A program made the position numbers and the translations under genes. A stretch of DNA of 64,000 bases from Mustelus asterias. Lineage: Eukaryota. Shown piece after piece: positions 12,090 through 22,241 of the stretch (positions are counted from its first letter, which is position 1; every line of letters starts with the position of its first letter). The stretch lies in assembly GCF_964213995.1 (NCBI RefSeq), contig NC_135808.1, forward strand, positions 12,834,001-12,898,000. The letters run 5' to 3'. The notes beneath the pieces are model-generated. The model was not told the DNA's origin and did not search any database. It saw nothing but the letters and a program-made list of their open reading frames with translations.

Positions 12090-12135
12090 TAATCTGTGGT
12101 CAACTTCACACCAAATTGTCAGTATTTCCTGTTTG
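12090..12135 (-). promoter_or_regulatory. Candidate gene A promoter motifs: ETS (ACAGGAAAT) and RUNX-like (TGTGGTC)
   Basis: Short motifs 170-210 nt upstream of the ATG in unique sequence; could be chance matches. Confidence 0.2.
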
Positions 12136-12193
12136 CTGAAAGGTGATCTTAATTGTCTCCTTTGGCGAAAGGTTTACAACTTGCAGTTTTGAC

Positions 12194-13295
12194 CATAGAA
12201 TCATAGAATCCTATAGTGCAGAAGGAGGCCATTCAGCTCATCAAGTCGGCACCGACAACAATCCCACCCGAGCCCCATCCCCACAACCCCATGCATTTAA
12301 CCTAGCTAGTCCCCCTGACACTAAGAGGCAATTTAGCATGGCCAATCCACCTAACCCGCATATCTTTGGACTGTGGGAGGAAACCAATGCACCCGGAGGA
12401 AACCCAAGCAGAAACGGGGAGAATATGCAAACTCCACACAGACAGTGACCCAAGCTGGGAATCGAACTCAGGTCCCTGGCACTGTGAGGCAGCAGTGCTA
12501 ACCATTGTGCCACTGTACCATCCCAGTATCGGGGTAGAATTGCTACTGGGGTCTCCAGACCCTCTGCTATTATTGAAACAAAAGAATATTTGAATATGGA
12601 AACAGGAATAGACCATTCAACAACTGGAGCCTGTTCCACCTGTTCCATTAGGCAGCATGGTGGCACAGTGATTAGCACTGCTGCCTTACAGCGCCAGGGA
12701 CCTGGGTTCAATTCCTGGCTTGGGTGTGCAGAGTCTGCGCCTTCTCTGCATGTCTGCATGGGTTACCTCTGGGTGCTCCAGTTTCCTCCCACAGTCCGAA
12801 AGATGTGCTGATCAGGGGCATTGGTCATTCTAAATTCTCCCTCAGTGTACCCGAACGGGTGCTGGAGTGTGGTGACTAGGGGATTTTCGCAGCAACTTCA
12901 TTGCAGTATTGATGTTAAGCCTACTTGTGACTAACAAATAAACTTACCTGATTATGGCTGATCTGTATAGAATCATAGAATCCCTACAGTGCTGAAGGAG
13001 GCCATTCGGCCTATCGAACCTGCACTGACAACAAACCCACCCAGGCCCTATCCCCGTAACCCCAGGTATTTACCCTACAAATTCCCCTGAAACTAAGTGT
13101 CAATTTAGCTTGGCCAATCAACCTAACCTGGACATCTTTGGACTGTAGGAGGAAACCGGAGCACCAGGAGGAAACCCACGCAGACCTGGGGAGAATGTGC
13201 AAACTCCACACAGACATTCACTTGAGGCCGGGATTGAACCATGGTCCCTGGCACTGTGAGGCAGCAGTGCTAACCACTGTGCCAACGTGCCACCC
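12194..13295. mobile_element. Three V-SINEs: 12194-12520(-), 12650-12945(+, tail B), 12967-13295(-)
   Basis: Same consensus. Confidence 0.9.
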
Positions 13296-13984
13296 CAAAC
13301 ATGTCAATCAAACACTGAAGGGAGGGATCTCAGATTTAAATCGGGGACCTCTTAATCTGTAGCCAAATGCTCGACCACTGAGCCATACTCCCTCAGATAT
13401 CTTAACTCTTATTTATCAGCCTTGAGTTCATATCTCTTAACCGCCATGCTGAACAAAAATCTAGGGATGTCCAATCGAGTTTGGTGCTGGGACCACTGTT
13501 GATCTTCATTTGCCCAAATGATTGGGGCTCAGAAATGTTGTAGTATATTATCAGAATTTACAAATGGCACTGCGTTGGGTGTAGAATTTCTGTTCTCCAT
13601 ATTACAACAAAAGAAAGTAGACACACTGGAAAAAGTGCAAAAAATATTTTCAGAATGATGCCTGATCTAGGAGGTGACAACTATCAAGAAAGCCTCTTTA
13701 GAAAACTTGTGGTGACTTGATAGGACTTTTTGATGAAGAGATTCCATAGGGAAGAGGGGGAGCGAGGGGCGGGGGGAGGGTGGTGGGGGTGGAGGGGAGG
13801 CAAGGGAGTTCTGCCATCCTAAAAATCCAGGCCGTAATTGTATGGAACTGCATCAATAAAAGTGCTGCTCTCTCAATCAAGTTGTCTTTTTACAATTTAA
13901 AAAGGCAGAGGGGCTGGTGGGTGCTGTAAATCAACACTCTGCCTTTCAATGTGAAATGTCACTGCCACCCCCCTCCCCATAGTG

Positions 13985-14315
13985 ATATTGTCACAGGATT
14001 AGTAATATAGAGACCCAGGGTAATATTCTGGGGACCCAGGTTCGAATCCCACCATGGCAGGTGGTGAAGTTTGAATTGAATAAAAATCTGGAATTAAAAG
14101 TCTGATGATGACCATGAAACCATTGTCGATTGTCGTTTAAAACCCATCTGGTTCACCAATGTTCTTTAGGGAAGGAAATCTGTCATCCTTACCTGGTCTG
14201 GCCTACACATGACTCCAGAGCTACAGCAATGTGGTGACTCTCAATTGCCCTCAGGTAGTTAAGGATGGGCAATAAATATTGGCCCAGCCAGCGACACCCA
14301 TATCCCATGCACAAT
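13985..14315 (+). mobile_element. tRNA-derived SINE with MetaSINE/SlmI-like core
   Basis: B box GGTTCGAATCCC; core TTTAGGGAAGGAAATCTG..CCTTACCTGGTCTGGCCTAC..GACTCCAG; related copies at about 9580-9745(-), 10090-10315(-), 46090-46240(+), 46250-46445(-) and 61170-61580(-). Confidence 0.7.
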
Positions 14316-14499
14316 TTTTTTAAAACTCAGGCTGATTTGGTCAATTTTATCCTCTGTAACCATCATAAAGACCAAATGTGAAATGGACAGTTTCACTGTA
14401 GTTCCCAGAACACTGAAGCAGAAAACCACTCTAATTCTGCACCAAAACCTTTAAGTTCCTCACCCCTGCAACTCTTTGGTCAATAAAAATCAGAGGAAA

Positions 14500-15090
14500 A
14501 CTCTCAACAGGTTGGAGTCATACTTAGCACAAAGGCAGATCACGTGGCTTGTTGGAGGCCAATCATCTCAGTGCCAGGACATGCTGTCAGGAGTTCCTCA
14601 GGGTAGTGTCCTGGCCCACCATCCTCAGTTACTTCATCAATGACCTTCACTCCATCATGAAGTAGGGATGTTCACTGATGATTGTACAATGATCAGTACC
14701 ATTCGCATCTCCTCGGATACCAAAGCAATTCAACTCAATCCGACTCTTGAGCGTCGTTGGAGCTGCAAGATGCAGCAACTTATCAATGCCCACTTGGCAG
14801 GACCTTCCAAACTGCAACTTCTACTTAGAATGGGGCAATAGACCCAATGGTGGCACCACCACCTGCAAGCTCCTCTCCAAGCCATGCACCATCCTGATTT
14901 TGAACTGTGCCATTGGTTCCTTCACTGTCAGTGGGTCAAAATTCTGGAACACCCGTCCTCACAACACTATATGTCCCTGCACCAGATGGACTTCAGCAAT
15001 TCAGGAAGTCGGCTTACCACCACCATCTCAAGGGCAATTAGGGATGGGCAATAAATGTTGGCCTTGCCAGGAATGCTCAAATCTCATGAA
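14500..15090 (+). mobile_element. Degraded CR1/L2-group LINE fragments
   Basis: GGAGTTCCTCAGGGTAGTGTCCT (GVPQGSVL), FINDL and F(T)DD remnants; 3' tail shared with the MetaSINE-like SINE. Confidence 0.55.
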
Positions 15091-15234
15091 AGTGTTTTTA
15101 AAAAAAGCACCACCCATTTGGTAAAAGCACTCCCCGATGGATAAAAGTACAACCTTTTCGAGAAAGCCACAGTTCTTAGTCCATTTCTGTTCTTTGCTTG
15201 TGATCTCAGCTGTGGCAACAATTGGGAAGCTACA

Positions 15235-15543
15235 ACTGGCACAGCGGTTAGCACTGCTGGCTCATAATGCCAGGGACCCGGGTTCAATTCTGGCATCGGG
15301 TCACTGTGTGGAATTTGCACATTCTCCCCGTGTCTGCGTGGGTTTCATCTGTGTGCTCTGGTTTCCTCCCACACTCCAAAGATGTGCAGGTTAGGTTGAT
15401 TGGCCGTGCTAAATTGACCCTTAGTATCAGGGGGATGAACAGGGTAAATGCACAAGGTCACGGGGATAGGGCCTGGGTGGGATTGTTGTCGGTGCAGGCT
15501 CAATGGGCCGAATGGCCTCCTTCTGCACTGTAGGGATTCTATG
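15235..15543 (+). mobile_element. HE1-type V-SINE
   Basis: Same consensus. Confidence 0.9.
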
Positions 15544-15837
15544 CACTAACCACAGGCCCCTAGAATTGGAAGAACCCCACCAAAGTCCCCCTAAGATACT
15601 TTAAACTAGTTTTACATCTTAAATTCCCCCCAATTAAATGCATGTATCTATAGATTCCAGTATTATTTGCACCACCTAGGTACTGCTATAATCCTGTGTT
15701 TTCTCAGTGCCCAGTTCAGCTTGTAAGTATTGGAATTCCCAGCCACCCTTTGTGGTTTGGTCAGGTTGGATAACATCTTGACAATGTTTCATGTCAAAGC
15801 CTGTTGCTAAATGCATTTCCATGAATTATCTTAGATT

Positions 15838-16820
15838 AGGAGTGGAATTCTCCCCCAAATTTTGAAGTGTCATAAGGGCGAGAAAATGGGAGCTCTCCAT
15901 GCACTGCACTCTTCTGGCACTCTGTCCATTTTTTTGACAGCTTGGGAGCCTTTCACCGGTATGGGGGTGTCAGTGAAGCTGGCTTCAGAGAGCTCAGGCA
16001 CCTTTCTGAAAGGTGCCCCAAACTGCTGTTGAACTGGGAGACCTCCTACCCCCACCCACAACATCAGACCTCCCTCCCCCTTCATCTACGCCATTGTTAT
16101 CCCACACACCGACGTTGGTCTCCAGCATCGGGGCATCCAGACTCTCACAATGAGTTCCCTGGCAGACCCCTGACATTCCCTGCCCCCCCCTCATGACTCC
16201 TTCTGCGACCCACCCTTGCATGACCCCTCCGTAACTATCTCCCCCCTCACTACTCTCGCCTCGCATGACTCTCCCCTATGTCCACACTCCCCCCCATCTT
16301 TGCATAGGTTCCTCCCCTGCATAGGCTCGCCGTCTTCGTGAATATCCCCACTCCCCATGCATAGCCCCCTGTCATAGACCCCTTTGTACTGCTCCTGGCA
16401 CACTTACGGTTGTTCAACTGGGCACTGCCAGGATGCCCGTTGGGTACAGCCAAGGTGCCAGGTGGGTACTGCTCAATGTACGTTGTCCAGACATGCCTTG
16501 ACCACCCAGAAGCCTCAATGACCTCCAATCCCCCTACCGTGGCCATGGTACCTGGTTTCCGCTACTGCAGAGCAGTGACTTTCTCTGGCATGGTGTCTCA
16601 CTGGAGAGATTGGAAGCATCCGGAAGGGTGGAAGCAGCCGTGCCTGACCCGCTAACATAGACAGATGCAGGCAGCTAATAGTAATGAGATTTGCGCCCTT
16701 TCTGGGCATGAAGCTGTTCTCGCCGGCAAAACAGGGCCGAGAAGATATTTGGCCTCTCACACTATCTTCCTGGGTTGCCATGCTAATCGATGGGTGCAGT
16801 GAGCCGGTAAGATCGCACCC
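15838..16820. mobile_element. GC-rich non-autonomous DNA-transposon-like repeat
   Basis: Imperfect termini GGAGTGGAATTCTC...AAGATCGCACCC; internal similarity to 22242-22980. Confidence 0.55.
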
Positions 16821-17149
16821 TACCCATTTCAAATTCCTTTGCTAAAGCTCATCCTTATTCATTACGGCGGTAAGTTTTGGTGGGATTTAATCTTTCTGTG
16901 ATTGTTAACCTCTTTTCTTGTGCTACTGCCAACCTCCTGTGTCGGTGAAAACTCCAGCTCTGTATATTCATAGATCGAGGGATTAGTTACTTAATTCATG
17001 GAAAAAGCAATGAATGATTCTGCCTTTTCAGTTGAGCTAGCCATGACTTAGTCTGTAATAAACTATTCCTTCTGTATATCTGACCCCATTTCTTTAGCCT
17101 AGGAGATTATGTCAGTCACTAGTGTTTGAAGGACAGGAAATCCACTTTG

Positions 17150-17310
17150 AATCATAGACTCATAGAATCCTACAGTGCTGAAGGAAGCCATTCGGCCCAT
17201 CGAGTCTGCAATGACTACAATCCCACCCAGGCCCTATCTCCATAGCCCCATGCATTTAGCCTAGGTAATCCCCCTGACACTCAGGGGAAATTTAGCACAT
17301 TTTTGGACTT
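17150..17310 (-). mobile_element. HE1-type V-SINE 3' half
   Basis: Tail consensus. Confidence 0.85.
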
Positions 17311-17596
17311 GTGGTTATCACGTCCTCAAGATCCTTTCTTCTTTATCTTAAACAGTCCTGAAGGGAAATTGATGTTTAATGATTAGGTTTCGTTTGCACA
17401 CAATCAAAGTATATTAATTGACCAACCAAACAAAATATCAACTTTTTAAACTATAGCAAATAGAAGATGTCAGTATTTGATATCATGTAACACTGCTTAA
17501 CCAAGTTTTGATGTGGAGATGCCGATGTTGGACTGGGGTGAACACAGTAAGAGTTTTAACAACACCAGGTTAAAGTCCAACAGGTTTATTTGGTAG

Positions 17597-17892
17597 TGAT
17601 GCGCGATATAACACGAGAGGCGTGATGTACTCGGGAAATAAAGGCTTTTATTGCCAACAATAACAGAGCTACCATATACAGTATACGATCCCAGACTAAA
17701 GGGTCACCAGGCAGAGCAGTGACCTTTATACCTCTCCCAGGAGGCGGAGCCGACTGGGGTGTACCATAACAACTATATTAACAGGTAGAACAGCCCAACC
17801 CTAACCCCAACAGTAACATATATACAGACTCATAGTACTGGCCAGACCATGGCTCAGCACTACCTGGTGGGAACCAACAATGGTTCACCACA
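17597..17892 (-). mobile_element. Solo LTR related to the Gypsy element at 40.7 kb, inserted into a Penelope pLTR
   Basis: TGATGC...TGGTTCACCACA termini shared with the Gypsy LTR; TSD GGTAG at 17592-17596 and 17893-17897. Confidence 0.9.
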
Positions 17893-17910
17893 GGTAGCAA
17901 ATACAATTAA

Positions 17911-17936
17911 CTTTCGGAGCGCTGCTCCTTCGTCAG
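17911..17936 (-). ncRNA. Minimal hammerhead ribozyme-like core in Penelope pLTR
   Basis: CTGACGA-A-GGAGC(AGC)GCTCC-GAAAG; a mutated copy (CTGACAA) lies at 19143-19168 on the + strand. Confidence 0.7.
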
Positions 17937-19425
17937 ATGGAGTGGAAATATGCTCTCAAACAGGGCACAGAGACACAAAAATCAAGTTACAGAATACTGA
18001 TTAGAATGCGAATCCCTACAGCCAGCCAGATCTTAAAGATACAGACAATGTGGGTGGAGGGAGCATTAAGCACAGGTTAAAGAGATGTGTATTGTCTCCA
18101 GATAGGACAGCCTGCAAGTCCAGGAGGCAAGCTGTGGGGGTTACTGATAATGTGACATAAATCCAACATCCCGGTTGAGGCCGTCCTCATGTATGCGGAA
18201 CTTGGCTATCAGTTTCTGCTCAGCCACTCTGCGCTGTCGTGTGTCGTGAAGGCCGCCTTGGAGAACGCTTACCTGAAGATCAGAGGCTGAATGCCCGTGA
18301 CTGCTGAAGTGCTCCCCCACAGGAAGAGAACAGTCTTGCCTGGTGATTGTCGAGCGGTGTTCATTCATCCGTTGTCGTAGCGTCTGCATGGTTTCCCCAA
18401 TGTACCATGCCTCGGGACATCCTTTCCTGCAGCGTATCAGGTAGACAACGTTGGCCGAGTTGCAAGAGTTGGTACCGTGGACTTGTGGTTATCACGTCCT
18501 CAAGATCCTTTCTTCTTTATCTTAAACAGTCCTGAAGGGTAGATGGTGTTCTCACGTGAGATGGTGTTCTTGTGCCCGGTAGATGGTGTTCTCACGTGAG
18601 ATGATGGCATCCGTGTCGATGATCCGGCACGTCTTGCAGAGGTTGCTGTGGCAGGGTTGTGTGGTGTCGTCGTCACTGTTCTCCTGAAGGCTGGGTAGTT
18701 TGCTGCGGACAATGGTCTGTTTGAGGTTGCGCGGTTGTTTGAAGGCAAGAAGTGGGGGTGTGGGGATGGCCTTGGCGATATGTTCGTCTTCATCAATGAC
18801 ATGTTGAAGGCTCCGGAGGAGATGCCGTAGCTTCTCCGCTCCGGGGAAGTACTGGATGGCGAAGGGTACTCTGTCCACCGTGTCCTGTGTTTGTCTTCTG
18901 AGGAGGTCGGTGCGGTTTTTCGCTGTGGCGCGTCGGAACTGTTGATCAATGAGTCGAGCACCATATCCTGTTCTTATGAGGGCATCTTTCAGCGTCCGGA
19001 GGTGTCTGTTGTGACGTCCACCCACCCACATTGTCTGTATCTTTAAGATCTGGCTGGCTGTAGGGATTCGCATTCTAATCAGTATTCTGTGACTTGATTT
19101 TTGTGTCTCTGTGCCCTGTTTGAGAGCACATTTCCACTCCATCTGACAAAAGAGCAGCGCTCCGAAAGCTAATGGTATTTGCTACCAAATAAACCTGTTG
19201 GACTTTAACCTGGTGTTGTTAAAACTCTTACTGTGTTAACCAAGTTTTGACAGAGGAAGACATCTTGGGATTTTTAGACAAGCGTAGAGGTAATTTCCAT
19301 GAGTTCATTTCAGATCAACTGCCGAAGAGCTCCCTGTTATACTTATTTCAGTAAGAAGTCTCATAACACTCTTCTTGGAGATCCTCTCCACTTGGAGCCG
19401 GCAGTTTGCGGTGTCGATGGTAGCC

Positions 19426-19546
19426 ATGATGTGGAGATGTTGGCGTTGGACTGGGGTAAGCACAGTAAAAAGTCTCTTACTGTGACTTCTTACTGTGACT
19501 TCTTACTGTGCTTACCCCAGTCCAACGCCGACAGCTCCACATCATA
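19426..19546. repeat. Inverted pair of Penelope pLTR end fragments (hairpin)
   Basis: ATGATGTGGAGATG...GGGGTAAGCACAGTAA and its reverse complement flank CTTACTGTGA repeats. Confidence 0.75.
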
Positions 19547-19604
19547 CTTATTTCCTCAGCCTTTGAGGTTGAGTAGGTGAGCTAACATCTTGGTATGCGG
19601 CTCT

Positions 19605-20078
19605 CACCAGCTTTTACAAATGCATCATAGAAAGAATTCTTTCTGATTGTACCACAGCTTGGTATGTTTCCTGCTTTGTCCAACGCCGCAAGAAACTACG
19701 AAGCCCAGTCCATCACACAAACCAGCCTCCTATCCATTGACTCCGCGCTCAGAAAAGCAGCCAGCATAATCAAGGACCTCACGCACTCTGGACATTCTCT
19801 CTTCCACCTTCTTCCATCGGGAAAAAGATACAAAAGTCTGAGAACATGTACCAATCGACTCAAGAACAGCTTCTTCCCTGCTGCCATCAGACCTTTGAAT
19901 GGACCTACCTTATATTAAGTTGATCTTTCTCTACAACCTAGCTATGACTGTAACACTACATTCTGCACCCTCTCCTTTCCTTCTCCCCTATGAACGGTAT
20001 GCTTTGTCTGTGTAGCGCACAAGAAACAATACTTTTCACTCCATCCTAATACATGTAACAATAATAAATCAAATCAAA
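19605..20078 (+). mobile_element. Rex1/Babar 3' end
   Basis: ORF 19664-19918 (HSGHSLFHLLPSGKRYKSL...NSFFPAAIR) plus tail. Confidence 0.85.
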
Positions 20079-20149
20079 CAATAAAACATCAGCAAAGGAA
20101 AGTTAGAAATAATGTAAAAGCGGGGGAGTAGGTAGAATAACAGCAGCCA

Positions 20150-20616
20150 TGTTCTTTGTTAGTGGGAGAGATTCTCAAATAAATCACTCAATGCTCAGTG
20201 TTGGTCCTCACATCAAACTGTTTATTTTCGCCGGCGGGGAGATTACTTCTGTTAAAGCCCAGTGCCTCTCTCTGATGAACAAAGGAAAAACATCCATTCT
20301 TATACATTTTCCAAACATCTACATAGCCCATCATGGCTGGATCTTATCCAATCATATTGATTATAGATTACATACCATTTGTCACATAACCAATGAAAAA
20401 GGCATTACATAAGGTGGGCTTGTGCATGATCAGCTCATCGTCTCATGGACACAGCTCATGGGACCTCATTAATATTATCTTCTTTTCTCCCATCTGGAGT
20501 CCTTGAATTTACAATACTCCTTGTCTGGTGGGCCCCCTTATCATTTTCTATGAATGCCCTCCCTAATCTTATGTGTCTGGCTTCCATCCGAGACCTTGGA
20601 CCATAGGCTGGTACCA
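20150..20616 (-). mobile_element. Candidate solo LTR (ERV-like)
   Basis: TG/CA ends with possible TSD GCCA; minus-strand ATTGG, TATAAG and AATAAA in LTR order; right boundary uncertain. Confidence 0.45.
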
Positions 20617-20879
20617 GCCACCAGTATCTGTGGTAACTGTCTCTGCTGTTGTACACAAGCTTGTGATTAAGCCAGCAAATTGTGTTCAGGAATGTGGCTA
20701 ACCCAGCTCGTATCCATTTTGTGTCGTTTTAATATTCTGCACTTCTGTTAACATGGTGGAGCTGACATGCATGCCCTTTGTGATCGTATAACAATAAATT
20801 CATTCACATTCATCACATAATATCTATTCCTACAAATATGGATTGTTATACAGGCACTTAAGAATATAAATTGTTATAA

Positions 20880-21737
20880 AGTTTAAAGCTGATTTATTAG
20901 TGTCCCAAGTAGGCTTACATTAACACTGCAATGAAGTTACTGTGAAAATCCCCGAGTCACCACACTCTGGCGCCTGTTTGGGTACACTGAGGGAGAATTT
21001 AACATGGCCAATTTACCTAACCAGCACGTCTTTCCGACTGTGGGAGGACTCCGAGCACCCGGAGAAAACCCACGCAGACACAGGGAGAATGTGCAAACTC
21101 CACACAGACAGTGGCGCAAGCCCGGAATCAAACCCGGATCCCTGGCATTGTGAGGCAGCAGTGCTAACCACTGTACCACCATGCCGCCCCATCCAGGCAC
21201 CTAAGAATATAAATTGTTGTACAGGCACCTAGACCAACGATCCTATTCCCTCTAAACCTATTCATTAAATATTCCTTCATCATTCTTCATTCAGTTAGTT
21301 TTAATTTGTAATATTTCAGGAAAAAAACAATTGAATTTGTTACAAATCATTCCTTATATTAGAAATATTCTTTGTAATAGCTTCTGACTAGATTTGTGAC
21401 TGCATAATCCTGACTAGTATATAAACTAATGCTTTAGACACTCGGGGCAGCATGGTGGCACAGCGTCAGGGACACAGCGTCAGGGACCCAGGTTCGATTC
21501 CCACCTTGGGTTACTGTCTGCGGAGTCTGCACGTTCTCCCCGTGTCTGCGTGGGTTTCCTCCGGGTGCTCTTGTTTCCTCCCACAATCTGAAAGATGTGC
21601 TGGTTAAGTGCATTGGCCAAGCTAAATTCTCCCTCAGTGTACCCGAACAGCCACCGGAGTGTGACGACGAGGGGGTTTTCACAGTAACTTCATTGCAGTG
21701 TTAATGTAAGCCTACTTGTGACACTAATAAGTAAACT
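20880..21737. mobile_element. Two tail-B V-SINEs: 20880-21190(-) and 21445-21737(+)
   Basis: Same consensus with tail B. Confidence 0.9.
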
Positions 21738-22241
21738 GTTAAGCACATATATTTGATATAAACCCTGTCTAATTTTTAAGTACTACCTATTTGAGATATA
21801 TTTTACATTAGTATGTTGTAAACTTTATTGGTTTTGAGGTTTTAAGCAGCTTCACCACTCTACCTTTTGTTTTAAAAGTAAAATAATCCATTCCAAGTAA
21901 CCACAGGAAAAGACCCAAAATGGCTTCTAAATACAGTCACTGATAAGGGTCTGATTTAATGAATATATTGTACCAATTAAACAGGTCTGAAATGTTGGGT
22001 ATCAATCTTGAGGGTGTGACAGCATATTTCCCCCATCCTGAACAAGTGGGATCGGGAGATATCAAAACTGTTACCATCGTAGTTGGTGTTGTAACTGAAC
22101 AGAAAGATCCCAGAATGGAACCCTGGCTCAAAAGACCGTGGAAGAATAGGGCCACTACTTTTAACAAGAAAGAAGAACTTGAAAAGTTGGAATATTATAC
22201 AAGTCCCTTTTAAGATATACTCTGCTCTGAACCCAAGTTAG

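Larger units (their letters stand above)
17512..19235 (-). mobile_element. Penelope-like element, 5'-truncated, with RT C-terminus, GIY-YIG endonuclease and inverted pLTR
   Basis: ORFs 18552-19142 and 18141-18389 (QTLRQRMNEHR...VGEHF...AEQKLIAKF...GLNRD; CKTC); pLTR copies in opposite orientation; 15-bp TSD TTAACCAAGTTTTGA at 17497-17511 and 19236-19250. Confidence 0.9.

Noticed and set aside
21937-22213. Overlapping ORFs in unique DNA, one with a signal-peptide-like start
   Set aside because: No in-frame ATG for the minus-strand ORF, no convincing splice pair and no recognisable domain.
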